Shown: positions 45,677 through 55,151 of the stretch, in pieces
Position numbering within the stretch: position 1 is the stretch's first letter
Layout of the letters: the number at the start of each line of letters is the position of its first letter
Assembly: GCA_943332515.1 (NCBI GenBank)
Contig: CALQPR010000001.1
Span: 43,598 to 107,597, forward strand
Direction: 5' to 3'
DNA: 64,000 bases
Origin: Pedosphaera parvula Ellin514
Lineage (GTDB): Bacteria; Verrucomicrobiota; Verrucomicrobiia; Limisphaerales; JADJPG01
The notes under the pieces: model-generated
Database searches by the model: none
The model's input: only the letters and a program-made list of their open reading frames with translations
What the model was told of the DNA's origin: nothing
Translations under genes and position numbers: made by a program

Positions 45677-47167
45677 TCAGGCGACCGCGAGTTGCATGAT
45701 CTGCTCCTGTGTCGCGTGGCGGGCGTCGGCAATCTCGCCGGTCACGCGACCTTCATGCATGACCAGGATGCGGTCAGCCATGCCAAGTACCTCGGGCAGT
45801 TCAGAGCTGATCATGACGATGGCTTTTCCGGCGGCGGCGAGCTCGTTCAGCAGTAGATAAATTTCATACTTCGCGCCGACGTCGATGCCGCGTGTCGGCT
45901 CGTCGAAAATCAGCACGTCACAATTTCGCGCGAGCCATTTTGCCAGCACGACTTTTTGCTGGTTGCCGCCGGAGAGATTGCCGGCGCGTTGCTCCTGATT
46001 CGGGACTTTGATCCTGAGCTGGTCCACGTAGCGGGCGAAGTGCGTTCGTTCCTGGCCGAGTTGCACGAAGCCCCGGCGGGAAAGCCAGGTGAGATTCGGC
46101 AGACCAAAGTTTTCGCGAACCGAATGCCCGAGCACGAGTCCCTGCAATTTGCGATCCTCGGTCAGGAGACCGATCCCAGCTGCAATCGCATCCTGTGGAG
46201 AGCGGAGGGCGAGGACGTTGCCATCAAGCCGGATTTCGCCCGCCTCGCGCGGATCGGCTCCGAAGATGAGCCGGGCTGTTTCCGTGCGGCCCGCGCCAAC
46301 AAGACCGGTGAGCGCGAGGATTTCGCCGCGGCGCACGGCGAACGAGACATCGCGCACCGCGCGGCCGCGACGCAGGCCGGAGACTTCGAGCCGCGGCGCG
46401 CCAAGCGTAACGGTCCGTGCGGGAAATTCGTCCTTCAGTTCGCGGCCGACCATCAGCTCGATCATCTGGTTTCGCGTGATCTGAGCAACGGGCCGTTCGC
46501 CCACGTTCCTGCCGTCGCGTAGCACAGTCACGCGGTCGGCGACGGTGAAAACCTCATCGAGGCGATGGCTGATGTAGATGATGCCGATGCCGTGGCGTTT
46601 CAGTTCGCGGATGATTTCGAAGAGCCGCTCCACTTCGTGTGAAGTCAGCGCCGCGCTCGGCTCATCCATGACGATGATGCGCGCATCGAAGGCGAGCGCC
46701 TTGGCGATTTCGACGAGCTGCTGCTGCGCCGTGGTGAGCCGCCGGCAGGGAACGTCCAGGTCGATCTCCACGCCAAGACGCTTGAAAAGTGCAGCGGTGC
46801 GTTCGCGCTCCTGCTTCCGCGCCACGAACCCGGCTCGCGTCACCTCCTGGCCGAGGAAGATGTTCTCCACCGCGGTGAGACCGGGGACGAGATTAAACTC
46901 CTGATAGATCACCGCCACGCCCGCGTTGCGCGAATCCTGAGGGGAATCGAAGGGCGTCACTTGCCCGTCGATGGAGATCGTGCCTTCATCCGCGCGATGC
47001 GCGCCACCGAGCACTTTCATGAGCGTGCTCTTGCCCGCGCCGTTCTCCCCGAGCAACGCCAGCACTTCGCCCGGGCGCAGGCTGAGATCCACGCCGCGCA
47101 ACGCCTGCACGCCGGGGAATGACTTCACGATGCCGCGCATCTCTAGGAGCGGCAAGGTGTCGCTCAT
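45677..47167 (-). CDS. Sugar ABC transporter ATP-binding protein, tandem ABC domains (RbsA/MglA type)
   Basis: GENGAGKST Walker A, LSGGNQQKV signature, second domain with GLVGAGRTE. ATG 47167 forms an ATGA overlap with the upstream gene. The ORF in the track is over-extended to 47476. Confidence 0.92.
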   Translation of the reverse strand: MSDTLPLLEMRGIVKSFPGVQALRGVDLSLRPGEVLALLGENGAGKSTLMKVLGGAHRADEGTISIDGQVTPFDSPQDSRNAGVAVIYQEFNLVPGLTAVENIFLGQEVTRAGFVARKQERERTAALFKRLGVEIDLDVPCRRLTTAQQQLVEIAKALAFDARIIVMDEPSAALTSHEVERLFEIIRELKRHGIGIIYISHRLDEVFTVADRVTVLRDGRNVGERPVAQITRNQMIELMVGRELKDEFPARTVTLGAPRLEVSGLRRGRAVRDVSFAVRRGEILALTGLVGAGRTETARLIFGADPREAGEIRLDGNVLALRSPQDAIAAGIGLLTEDRKLQGLVLGHSVRENFGLPNLTWLSRRGFVQLGQERTHFARYVDQLRIKVPNQEQRAGNLSGGNQQKVVLAKWLARNCDVLIFDEPTRGIDVGAKYEIYLLLNELAAAGKAIVMISSELPEVLGMADRILVMHEGRVTGEIADARHATQEQIMQLAVA

Positions 47168-48015
47168 ACGCCCATCGCGGCTTCGAGGGCCTTGCGCATC
47201 ACCGCCGCATCCGGAGTGATGCCGGTCCAGTATTGCACGCCGACGATGCCCTGGTTCACGAGCATGCCGAGACCGTCGATGGCGCGGCATCCGCGCGCCG
47301 CGGCGTCGTCGAGGAAGCGCGTGCGGACCGGACTGAAGACCACGTCGGCCACGACCATGCCGGGCTTCATCGAACTCAAGTCGAGCGCCAGCCGCGCCTC
47401 CGGGGCGTAGATGCCGATCGATGTGCCGTTGATGACGATGTCCGTGCCGGCGGGCACGGCGTAGTCTCCGCTCCACACGACGAGTTCGGCATCGAGCTTC
47501 AGCTTGTCGCGCAAGAGTGCGACTAGTTCCGCGCCTCGCAGCTTGGAGCGGTTGACGATGGTGATTCGCTTGGTTCCCGCGAGACCGAGTTCCACGGCGA
47601 TGGCGCGCGCTGCACCTCCAGCTCCGAAGAGCACCACGGATTTCCCTTTCGGATCGATCTCCGTCTCCAGGGATTTCAGGAATCCCTTCCCATCAGTGTT
47701 CTCGCCGATGAACTTCTCGCCACGCCGGACGACGCAATTCACCGCGCCCATGACTGCGGCGGACTCGCCCAGGTCGTCGAGGTGCGGAATCACGGTGACC
47801 TTGTGGGGCAGGCTGCAATTGAAACCACGGAAGCCCATCGCCTTTGCCCCGCGCACGGCCGCGCTGAGATCCGCGGGTGTGACCTCCATGTTGATGTAGC
47901 GCCAGTGCAACCCGTGGTGCGCAAAGGCGGCCTCGATCATGGCCACGGTGGGATTGCCCGCCGCGCCTTCAGACATGGAGCCGACGAGTTCGTGGAGAAA
48001 GTTTTCTGTGCTCAT
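47164..48015 (-). CDS. Shikimate/quinate dehydrogenase family protein
   Basis: GFNCSLPHK, AVNCVV, NTDGKGF, GAGGAARAIA: the AroE/YdiB family blocks. Confidence 0.8.
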   Translation of the reverse strand: MSTENFLHELVGSMSEGAAGNPTVAMIEAAFAHHGLHWRYINMEVTPADLSAAVRGAKAMGFRGFNCSLPHKVTVIPHLDDLGESAAVMGAVNCVVRRGEKFIGENTDGKGFLKSLETEIDPKGKSVVLFGAGGAARAIAVELGLAGTKRITIVNRSKLRGAELVALLRDKLKLDAELVVWSGDYAVPAGTDIVINGTSIGIYAPEARLALDLSSMKPGMVVADVVFSPVRTRFLDDAAARGCRAIDGLGMLVNQGIVGVQYWTGITPDAAVMRKALEAAMGV

Positions 48016-48018
48016 AGG

Positions 48019-48993
48019 TTACTTCAGCTCGGGGTCCTTCATCGCGTCGGCCTTGCGGTAGAGGCTCGTTGGGATGAGCATCTGCGGCGGCAATGTTTCG
48101 CCCTTGGAGTGGCGGATGATGGCGTCGACAATCTGGACGCCCATCTTGTCGGGGAATTGAATCGGGTCGGCGTAAATCTTGCCGTCCTTGATCGCCTGCT
48201 TGCCCTCGGGCTGGCCGTCGAATCCGATGATCAACACCTGCGTCCTGCCGGCCTTTTCGAGCGCGGCCCGGGCCCCGAGTGCGGCGGGATCGTTGATGGC
48301 GAAGATGCCGCGCAGATCCGAGTGCGCCTGCAACGCATCCTCGGCGGCCTTGTAGCCCATGTCCTTCGCGCCGCCGCTCTCCAGCTCTGTGACGATGGAG
48401 ATCTTCGCCTTGCCGCCCGCGTTGTGCGCGTTGATGACTTCGGTGAAGCCCTTCACGCGAAGCTGGCACGACTCGGCCTGCTTGAAGTGGAGCACGGCAA
48501 TCTTGCCGCCCGCCTCACCGAGCGCCTCGATCATCGCGCGCCCCGCTTCCTTGCCGCCGCCGTAATTGTCGGTGGCGATCTGGGTCACGATCTTCACGCC
48601 GGGTTCGTTGCACGGAATGTCCACGGTGAAGACGGGGATGCCGGCTGCGTTCGCCTCCTGAATCACCGGGATGATCGACTTGGAATCGCACGGACTCAAG
48701 ACGATCGCGCTCACCTTCTTGACGATGAAATCCTTGATCTGGTTTCCCTGCTTCGCGACGTCCTTGTCACCGCTGACCACAATCGCCTCGTAGCCGCGCT
48801 TCCGGCCTTCTGCGGTAATGTTGTCGCCGATGACTTTGAAGAACGGGTTGTCGAGCGTGAGCAGCGAGACGCCGATGGTGCCTTGCGCCTTGGCGGCAGT
48901 CGGCTGTGAAGTTGCCGTGGTCGCAGGTTTGTCGCCGCACCCGGTCAGGAGCGCGAGCGTGCTGACGAGGAGGGCAAGCAGAGTTGGTTTCAT
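48019..48993 (-). CDS. Sugar ABC transporter periplasmic substrate-binding lipoprotein (RbsB-like, type I PBP)
   Basis: Lipobox LLTGC; IGVSLLTLDNPFF, FTVDI, VIGFDG blocks. Confidence 0.88.
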   Translation of the reverse strand: MKPTLLALLVSTLALLTGCGDKPATTATSQPTAAKAQGTIGVSLLTLDNPFFKVIGDNITAEGRKRGYEAIVVSGDKDVAKQGNQIKDFIVKKVSAIVLSPCDSKSIIPVIQEANAAGIPVFTVDIPCNEPGVKIVTQIATDNYGGGKEAGRAMIEALGEAGGKIAVLHFKQAESCQLRVKGFTEVINAHNAGGKAKISIVTELESGGAKDMGYKAAEDALQAHSDLRGIFAINDPAALGARAALEKAGRTQVLIIGFDGQPEGKQAIKDGKIYADPIQFPDKMGVQIVDAIIRHSKGETLPPQMLIPTSLYRKADAMKDPELK

Positions 48994-49027
48994 AACAGGT
49001 TTGTCGAAGCGTGGTTGATGGTCGATT

Positions 49028-50260
49028 TTACAGTTTCCCGGTCTTCAAAAACTCGTGGCGCACCGGCGCGGTGACGCGCTGGCCCGTGGTGGAGACGAAC
49101 GTGACCTGGCCCGGTGTGAATTCGAGCGTCCGCACATTCTCGAAGCCGGCCGGAATCTTCGCCACGCCCTGGATGTAGTTCACCGAGGCTGGCTTGTTGG
49201 CGGTTAACTCGACGGCGGTGGCCACGCCTTCTTTGGCCAGCAAATTCTCGCGCGACGAGGCGGCGAGTCCGTCGGCGAAAAAGGCGGTGACATCCTCCAG
49301 GCCGAGGCAGTTGTTGCGGCCATTCCACGGATGGCCGTGGCGCCCGTGATTTTCCATCCAGAACACCGTGCTGTTCAGCACGGCGGGATCTTTCAGCGCG
49401 AACCAGAGGTAACCGGCCTCCGCGAATGTCGCGGTCGTCCAGGCCGGGCCGCCGGTCTTCTCCCACGGCTCGTTGGCGAGCTGGATGAGATCCGCATAGC
49501 CGTAGCGTCCGGGCAGACGCGTGAGGTCGGCATCGGCTGCGCCTTTCCAGGAGGAGGGAACTTGCGCCAAATCGGTCCACTTCGCGCCGGGCAGCAGCGC
49601 TTGATACTCCCGCTGCTTCGGATCGCTGAACAACGACGGACACGTCATGCCGAAACGGAACGCGCTCGTCGCGATGCGGACTGCGCCCTCCTTCTCCGGC
49701 ATCGCCAGCGTGGCGTGATGCCCGAGCGGGACGCGTCCGGCGAAGCCCTCGATGGTGTGCCGTGAATAGACCACGTTCTGTCCGTCGATCAGCGAGAGCT
49801 CCTTCGTCACGCGCCCTTTGCGGACTTTCGTATCGATGGCCGTGGTGAGCGTCGTCACGTCGCCAGCTTTCTTGGTCCCGACAAACTTCCACGCATCGCC
49901 GACGATCTCTCCGTGCGGCGGATGCTTCTCGCCCGAGACGGCTTCGGAATTTCCGCCGAAGGGCAGGCAGAAGAAATCTCCCCGCAGCGTGACCAGCACT
50001 GGCGCGGGCATCTTCGACGGCTTTTCGTCCTGCCACGGAGTGATGTGATAAGGCCGCACGGGCTGGGCGCTGTCGCGGAAGAAGGTGACGGGGGCCATGT
50101 GGCCGCCGAGTTTGGTCACCGCGACTTCCACTTGTTTGGTGGCGACGACGTAGCTGGGCTGCGAGTGGATGGTGCGCAGCTTCGCGGCATCTGCACCCGA
50201 GGCCACTGCGGTGGCGGTGATAAGCGTTCCGGTCATAACGATGGAGAGCGGGAGGTTCAT
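49028..50260 (-). CDS. Secreted hypothetical protein (410 aa), first gene of the ABC transporter cluster
   Basis: Signal-like N-terminus and a long clean ORF. No catalytic motif recognised with confidence; a possible mutarotase-like beta-sandwich is only a guess. Confidence 0.6.
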   Translation of the reverse strand: MNLPLSIVMTGTLITATAVASGADAAKLRTIHSQPSYVVATKQVEVAVTKLGGHMAPVTFFRDSAQPVRPYHITPWQDEKPSKMPAPVLVTLRGDFFCLPFGGNSEAVSGEKHPPHGEIVGDAWKFVGTKKAGDVTTLTTAIDTKVRKGRVTKELSLIDGQNVVYSRHTIEGFAGRVPLGHHATLAMPEKEGAVRIATSAFRFGMTCPSLFSDPKQREYQALLPGAKWTDLAQVPSSWKGAADADLTRLPGRYGYADLIQLANEPWEKTGGPAWTTATFAEAGYLWFALKDPAVLNSTVFWMENHGRHGHPWNGRNNCLGLEDVTAFFADGLAASSRENLLAKEGVATAVELTANKPASVNYIQGVAKIPAGFENVRTLEFTPGQVTFVSTTGQRVTAPVRHEFLKTGKL

Positions 50261-50278
50261 AAGAGCGAATTGAGATGG

Positions 50279-51718
50279 TTAGGCGATGACGTCGTGGACG
50301 ACATGACCGAACACGTCCGTGAGCCGGTAATCCCTTCCGGAAAAGCGATAGGTGAGCTTCTCGTGATCCAGTCCCATGAGGTGCAGGATGGTCGCGTTCA
50401 TGTCGTGGACGTGGACGCGGTTCTCGACGGCGGAGAGGCCGAACTCATCGCTGGCTCCGTAGCTGAATCCCTTCTTCACCCCGCCACCGGCCATCCAGAC
50501 GGTGTAGCCGTAGTGGTCGTGGTCGCGGCCTTTGGCGCCTTCGGACGTGGGGGCGCGGCCGAATTCTCCACCCCAGACCACGAGGGTTTCGTCGAGCAGG
50601 CCACGGCCTTTGAGATCGGTGAGGAGAGCGGCGATGCCCTGGTCGCAGGCTTTGGCGAGCGCGGCGTGGCCGTTCACGATGTTTTCATGGCCGGTGTCCC
50701 AGGCGATGTCGTAACCGTCGATGGAAAGGGAGAGCTGCACGACGCGCACACCTTCTTCGATCAGGCGGCGGGAGATGAGGCAGCCTTTGGCGAATTCACT
50801 GTCGCCGTAAAGCTTTCGGGTCTCCTCAGATTCCTTGGAAACATCGAACACCTCGGGCACGGAGAACTGCATGCGGAAGGCCATTTCCATCGCCTGAATG
50901 CCGGCCTCGAGGTCTTGATCCTGTTCGAGGCGCGCGAGCTGCATCTGGTTGATCTTCGCGAGCAGATCAAGTTGTTCGCGCTGCTGCTGGCGGGAGAGTC
51001 CGGCGCTTTTCAGATTGCCGATCACTGCGTCGGGCTTCATGTGCTGAATGTTGACGTAGGCACCGGCGTAGGCACCGGGCAGGAAGGCGTTACCCCAGTT
51101 GGCCCCCTTGCCACGCGGTTCCGCACGCGGGGACATGGCCACGAAGCCCGGCAGATTTTGGGTTTCCGCGCCGAGCCCGTAAGTGAGCCATGAGCCCAGA
51201 CTCGGGCGGTTCGGCTGGAGCGCGCCGAGATTGGTCATGAGGATGCCGCCCGCGTGCTCCGGGATGTCGGTGTGCATGGAGTGGATGAAGCTGATGTCAT
51301 CCACGCATTGGGCGACTTGGGGGAAAATGTCGCTCACCCATTTCCCGCACTGGCCATATTGCTTGAATCCAAACGGCGACGGCATGAGGCCCATCTTGGT
51401 GTTCCGTAGGGATTTTTTATCCACACTGGCCGGGCGTTCGCCGGCGTGTTTGGCCAGCATGGGCTTGTAGTCGAACGTATCGATCTGGGACGGACCACCC
51501 GGCATGAAGAGCTGGATGAGCCGCTTGGCGCGCGGAGCAAAGTGCGGCATTTTCGGCGCGAGCGGCGAGCCAACCCCGGCGGCACTGGCCTTGTCGCCAA
51601 ACATCGCCGCAAGACCGATGGCTCCGATGCCCGCACCCATCCTGTAGAGCGCCTCGCGGCGGGTGAGCTGCCGCTGCATGGCGCGGCGATAGTCGAGTTC
51701 GTGCTGGAGGAATTTCAT
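50279..51718 (-). CDS. DUF1501 (sulfatase-fold) protein with Tat signal
   Basis: TRREALYRMGAGIGAIGLAA leader; SMHTDIPEH, WGGEFGRAP, GRDHDHYGYT blocks. The start overlaps the upstream stop (TAATG). Confidence 0.9.
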   Translation of the reverse strand: MKFLQHELDYRRAMQRQLTRREALYRMGAGIGAIGLAAMFGDKASAAGVGSPLAPKMPHFAPRAKRLIQLFMPGGPSQIDTFDYKPMLAKHAGERPASVDKKSLRNTKMGLMPSPFGFKQYGQCGKWVSDIFPQVAQCVDDISFIHSMHTDIPEHAGGILMTNLGALQPNRPSLGSWLTYGLGAETQNLPGFVAMSPRAEPRGKGANWGNAFLPGAYAGAYVNIQHMKPDAVIGNLKSAGLSRQQQREQLDLLAKINQMQLARLEQDQDLEAGIQAMEMAFRMQFSVPEVFDVSKESEETRKLYGDSEFAKGCLISRRLIEEGVRVVQLSLSIDGYDIAWDTGHENIVNGHAALAKACDQGIAALLTDLKGRGLLDETLVVWGGEFGRAPTSEGAKGRDHDHYGYTVWMAGGGVKKGFSYGASDEFGLSAVENRVHVHDMNATILHLMGLDHEKLTYRFSGRDYRLTDVFGHVVHDVIA

Positions 51719-54096
51719 TACTGGATTTGGATGAGTTCGTGGGCACTGAGGAGCATTTGGGCGTAACGGTGCCAACGTTCCGGTGCCGGGTTCTTGCCCA
51801 GCCATTCGCTGGCGAGCTGAAGCTCAGCGGGCTCGGGAGGACGGGAGTAGAGCCGCTTGTAGGTGTCGCGAAGCTGATGCGCAAGGGGTCCTGACAAGCC
51901 GCGCATCCAGTCGCCCAACACCTGGGCCCGGCCGGTCATGAACGGGCTGTTCATCATGAAAAGGTATTGCTGCGGCACGGTGCTGGTGACGCGCTTCTCG
52001 GCGGACGAGACGGCGGCGGGCGCATCGAACAGGCGCAGGAAGCGGTCGGCAGGATAGATGTCTCCTGTGCGACTGGTGCTGGCATAGACCGTCCGGCGTT
52101 TGCTCTCCCAGATCTGATTGGCGGACGGGCCGCCAATGGTTCGATCCAGTTCTCCGGTGACCGCCAGCAGCGAGTCGCGCCAGACTTCGACTTCGAGCTT
52201 TCGCGGGTTCATCCGCCAGAGAAGCCGGTTGTCGCCGTCGCGGGTGAACTTCGCCTTGTCAAAATGGCTGCTCATCTGCCAGGTGGACGAGAGCAAGATC
52301 TGGCGGTGAAGGCGCTTCATCGACCAGCCATGCTCGATGAAGTCGGCCGCGAGCCAGTCCAGCAGTTCCGGGTGCGTGGGCTTTTCGCCGAGCACACCGA
52401 AGTTGCTCGGCGTTCGCACCAGCGCTTCGCCGAAGTGCCAGCCCCACACGCGATTGACGATGACGCGAGCAGTGAGCGGGTTGTCGGAAGCGACGACCGA
52501 GCGCGCAAGTTCCAACCGGCCGCTGCCCTTCGTGTAGGGCGCCGCTTCTTTGCCGGCGACAATTTCCAGAAACCGCCGCGGCGCCATTTCGCCCGGTTTG
52601 CGGAGATCGCCGCGCAGCGCGACAGGCATGTCGACGCTGCCGGAGTCCTTCAGTCCATGCAGGGTCGCATACATCGGCGGTGCGGACTTCTTCCGCCGCT
52701 CGAGTTCGCCGCGCAGTTCGGCCAGAGACTTCTTCGCCTCTTCATCGAGCGTTTTCTCCACTTCCGGCCTCTTGAGGTTCAGCCGTTTCGTTGCCGCGTG
52801 GAGCCACTCGTCGATCTGCTTCTCCTGATCCTTGATCGCCTGCTGGCCGACTTTGAACGCATCGACTTCAGCCGGTGGAACGACCGGAAAATTCTCCCTC
52901 TTGGTGTTCCGGAATACGCCGGCGATGGCGTAGTAGTCCTTGGTCGTAATGGGGTCGAATTTGTGATCGTGGCAGCGCGCACAGGCGACGGTGAGTCCCA
53001 GGAGACCTCGGGAAAACGTGTCGACGCGATCGGCGAGCGTCTCGGCCTCGGCTTGGGCCTGAGCCTCGGGATCACCGCCATCGCCCACGTAGGTCGGACC
53101 GACGGCGAAAAATCCCGTGCCGGCAGGGTCAGGCTTTTCTGCCAGAAGATCCCCGGCGATCTGCTCGGTGAGAAATCTGTCGTAGGGAAGGTCAGCATTG
53201 AAGGAGCGCACCACCCAGTCGCGATAGCGCCACGTGTTGGGCAGGGGCTGGTCACCAAAGCCGCCATCAGCCTCGCTGTAGCGGGCCACGTCCAGCCAGT
53301 GGCGCGCCCAGCGTTCGCCGTAGTGTTCGGAGGCCAGGAGCGAGTCTACGACTTTCGCGAAGGCGTCCGAACGTCGATCGTTCAGGAACGCCGCGACCTG
53401 CTCGGGCGTGGGCGGCAGACCAATTAAATCCAGATATGCCCGGCGGATCAGCGTGCGCTTCTCGGCTGCGGGATTCGGCGTCACGCCCGCCGCCTCGAGC
53501 CGCGCGAGCACGAAACGGTCAATGTCTCCCTTCACCCAACTGGCACGCCTGACCTTGGGTGGTTTCGCTGCGACGATGGGGCGGAAAGACCAGTGTTCGC
53601 GCCGGAACTTTTCCCAGTCGTAAGCCTCCGCCTTGGTGGATTTCTCTGGCCTGCCCGCGGCCGCGTCCGAACCCGGCCACGGAGCGCCCATCTCCACCCA
53701 CTTCGTCAGCGCGGCGATGTCGGCGTCGGCAAGCTTCTGCTTCGGCGGCATTGCGGTGTCGGGATCGCCGTAGTTCACGGCCTGGCTCAGCAGGCTCTTC
53801 GCGGGATTTCTTGGGACAATGGCCGGCCCGCTGTCGCCGCCTTTCAAGACCCCCGCGCGGCTGTCGAGACGCAGCCCGGCCTTGACCTTGGTCGCTTCCG
53901 CCGAGTGGCACGAGTAGCAGTGCGTGGCCAGCACCGGCCGGACTTTGTTCTCGAAGAATTCGATCTGCTCCGATGTGAAGGTGTCATCCTTTGCACCCAA
54001 GTTTGTCGCGGCGAGCATGAGCAACATGAACACAACCGCCCACGCCCCGGTCGGGATCGAGGCAGGCACGGACTTCATGGGCCGAGGTGCTGACAT
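51718..54096 (-). CDS. PSCyt2 + DUF1549 + DUF1553 (PSD) protein
   Basis: FFENKVRPVLATHCYSCHS; RRAYLDLIGLPPT; CARCHDHKFDPI; C-terminal DUF1553 blocks. Confidence 0.9.
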   Translation of the reverse strand: MSAPRPMKSVPASIPTGAWAVVFMLLMLAATNLGAKDDTFTSEQIEFFENKVRPVLATHCYSCHSAEATKVKAGLRLDSRAGVLKGGDSGPAIVPRNPAKSLLSQAVNYGDPDTAMPPKQKLADADIAALTKWVEMGAPWPGSDAAAGRPEKSTKAEAYDWEKFRREHWSFRPIVAAKPPKVRRASWVKGDIDRFVLARLEAAGVTPNPAAEKRTLIRRAYLDLIGLPPTPEQVAAFLNDRRSDAFAKVVDSLLASEHYGERWARHWLDVARYSEADGGFGDQPLPNTWRYRDWVVRSFNADLPYDRFLTEQIAGDLLAEKPDPAGTGFFAVGPTYVGDGGDPEAQAQAEAETLADRVDTFSRGLLGLTVACARCHDHKFDPITTKDYYAIAGVFRNTKRENFPVVPPAEVDAFKVGQQAIKDQEKQIDEWLHAATKRLNLKRPEVEKTLDEEAKKSLAELRGELERRKKSAPPMYATLHGLKDSGSVDMPVALRGDLRKPGEMAPRRFLEIVAGKEAAPYTKGSGRLELARSVVASDNPLTARVIVNRVWGWHFGEALVRTPSNFGVLGEKPTHPELLDWLAADFIEHGWSMKRLHRQILLSSTWQMSSHFDKAKFTRDGDNRLLWRMNPRKLEVEVWRDSLLAVTGELDRTIGGPSANQIWESKRRTVYASTSRTGDIYPADRFLRLFDAPAAVSSAEKRVTSTVPQQYLFMMNSPFMTGRAQVLGDWMRGLSGPLAHQLRDTYKRLYSRPPEPAELQLASEWLGKNPAPERWHRYAQMLLSAHELIQIQ

Positions 54097-54205
54097 TGAT
54101 TACCACCTGAAGTGACAATCCTTCGGGTGAAAGACTGATTGTTGAGCGCCTTTGTTAAAGCTTTCAAGCCGCGATAACGCCATCTGCCGTGGATTGACCC
54201 GGACT

Positions 54206-55108
54206 CTACTTCCGAAATTCTAGTAGAGCAGCATCAGCCTCGCCCTCGACCACGCGACGTCGCGCTTTTGTTGCCGGAGTGGCGGCGGGATCAGTGACCG
54301 GTGGCACGGGATCGCGGAGGCACCAGAGAATGCCGTTGAGCAGGAGGCGGCGGAAGGCGGGCAGTTTGAAGTCATCCTCGTTTCCCAATGAAGTGTAGAA
54401 CACGCGACGATCCTGCGCGGTATTCACCCACGCCACGGGTTCCATGATCCCCAGCCCTTCCACCTGTCCTTGTAGAAGCGGGACCACGGTCGGGGCGAGA
54501 CGACGGTTCTTGTAGAGGTGCGAAGTCACGCGAAACGGGGTCGAAGCCACCCCAGTGAGCACGGCGTGGGAGGCGTTGGACCGAACGGTTTCGATAAGGC
54601 TATGTGGGGCGGCCGGCGGCTTGTTGTTGTAATGGCCTTCGTAGTGGCCGCCCAGAACCTCCAGATCAAAACCGTTCCACGCCGCGAACTCCGGGCTGGC
54701 GGGTGTAGCCTCAAAAGCATGACTGGCCGTGCGAATCCCAACGATCGGTTTTCCTGCGGCCACATGCGCACGCAGCAGTTCCATCATGGCCTTGGGCGGC
54801 GTGCGCCGGCGGACGCTCACGACCACGAGATCCGCATCGCGAATTGTCTCGAAGTTCTGGAAGTCCGAATCGCCATCCTTGGGAGACGCGAGAACCGGCG
54901 ACACCTGGTAACCGCGCGGCACAAGTTCGACCCGGGCGAACTCTGGCAACGTTTCCCAGGTGGAGTATTCGTTCTCGCCGATGATCATCACGATGCTCTT
55001 CTGGACTTTGCTTCCGGACCGAACGGGCTCTGCCGCGAGACAGGTCTGCGCGGAAACAAGGAGCCCAGCGACGAAAGCGAGGAGCCGTCGCAGAAGTATC
55101 GTTCTCAT
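54206..55108 (-). CDS. ThuA (trehalose-utilisation-like) domain protein, secreted
   Basis: Signal peptide; VMIIGENEY...DADLVVVSVRR...GKPIVGIRTASHAF...FYTSLGNEDDF; LLNGILWCL. Confidence 0.75.
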   Translation of the reverse strand: MRTILLRRLLAFVAGLLVSAQTCLAAEPVRSGSKVQKSIVMIIGENEYSTWETLPEFARVELVPRGYQVSPVLASPKDGDSDFQNFETIRDADLVVVSVRRRTPPKAMMELLRAHVAAGKPIVGIRTASHAFEATPASPEFAAWNGFDLEVLGGHYEGHYNNKPPAAPHSLIETVRSNASHAVLTGVASTPFRVTSHLYKNRRLAPTVVPLLQGQVEGLGIMEPVAWVNTAQDRRVFYTSLGNEDDFKLPAFRRLLLNGILWCLRDPVPPVTDPAATPATKARRRVVEGEADAALLEFRK

Positions 55109-55151
55109 GGAGTGCTTGAATCTAAACACCGCCCGGTTGGTCGGCGAGGTT

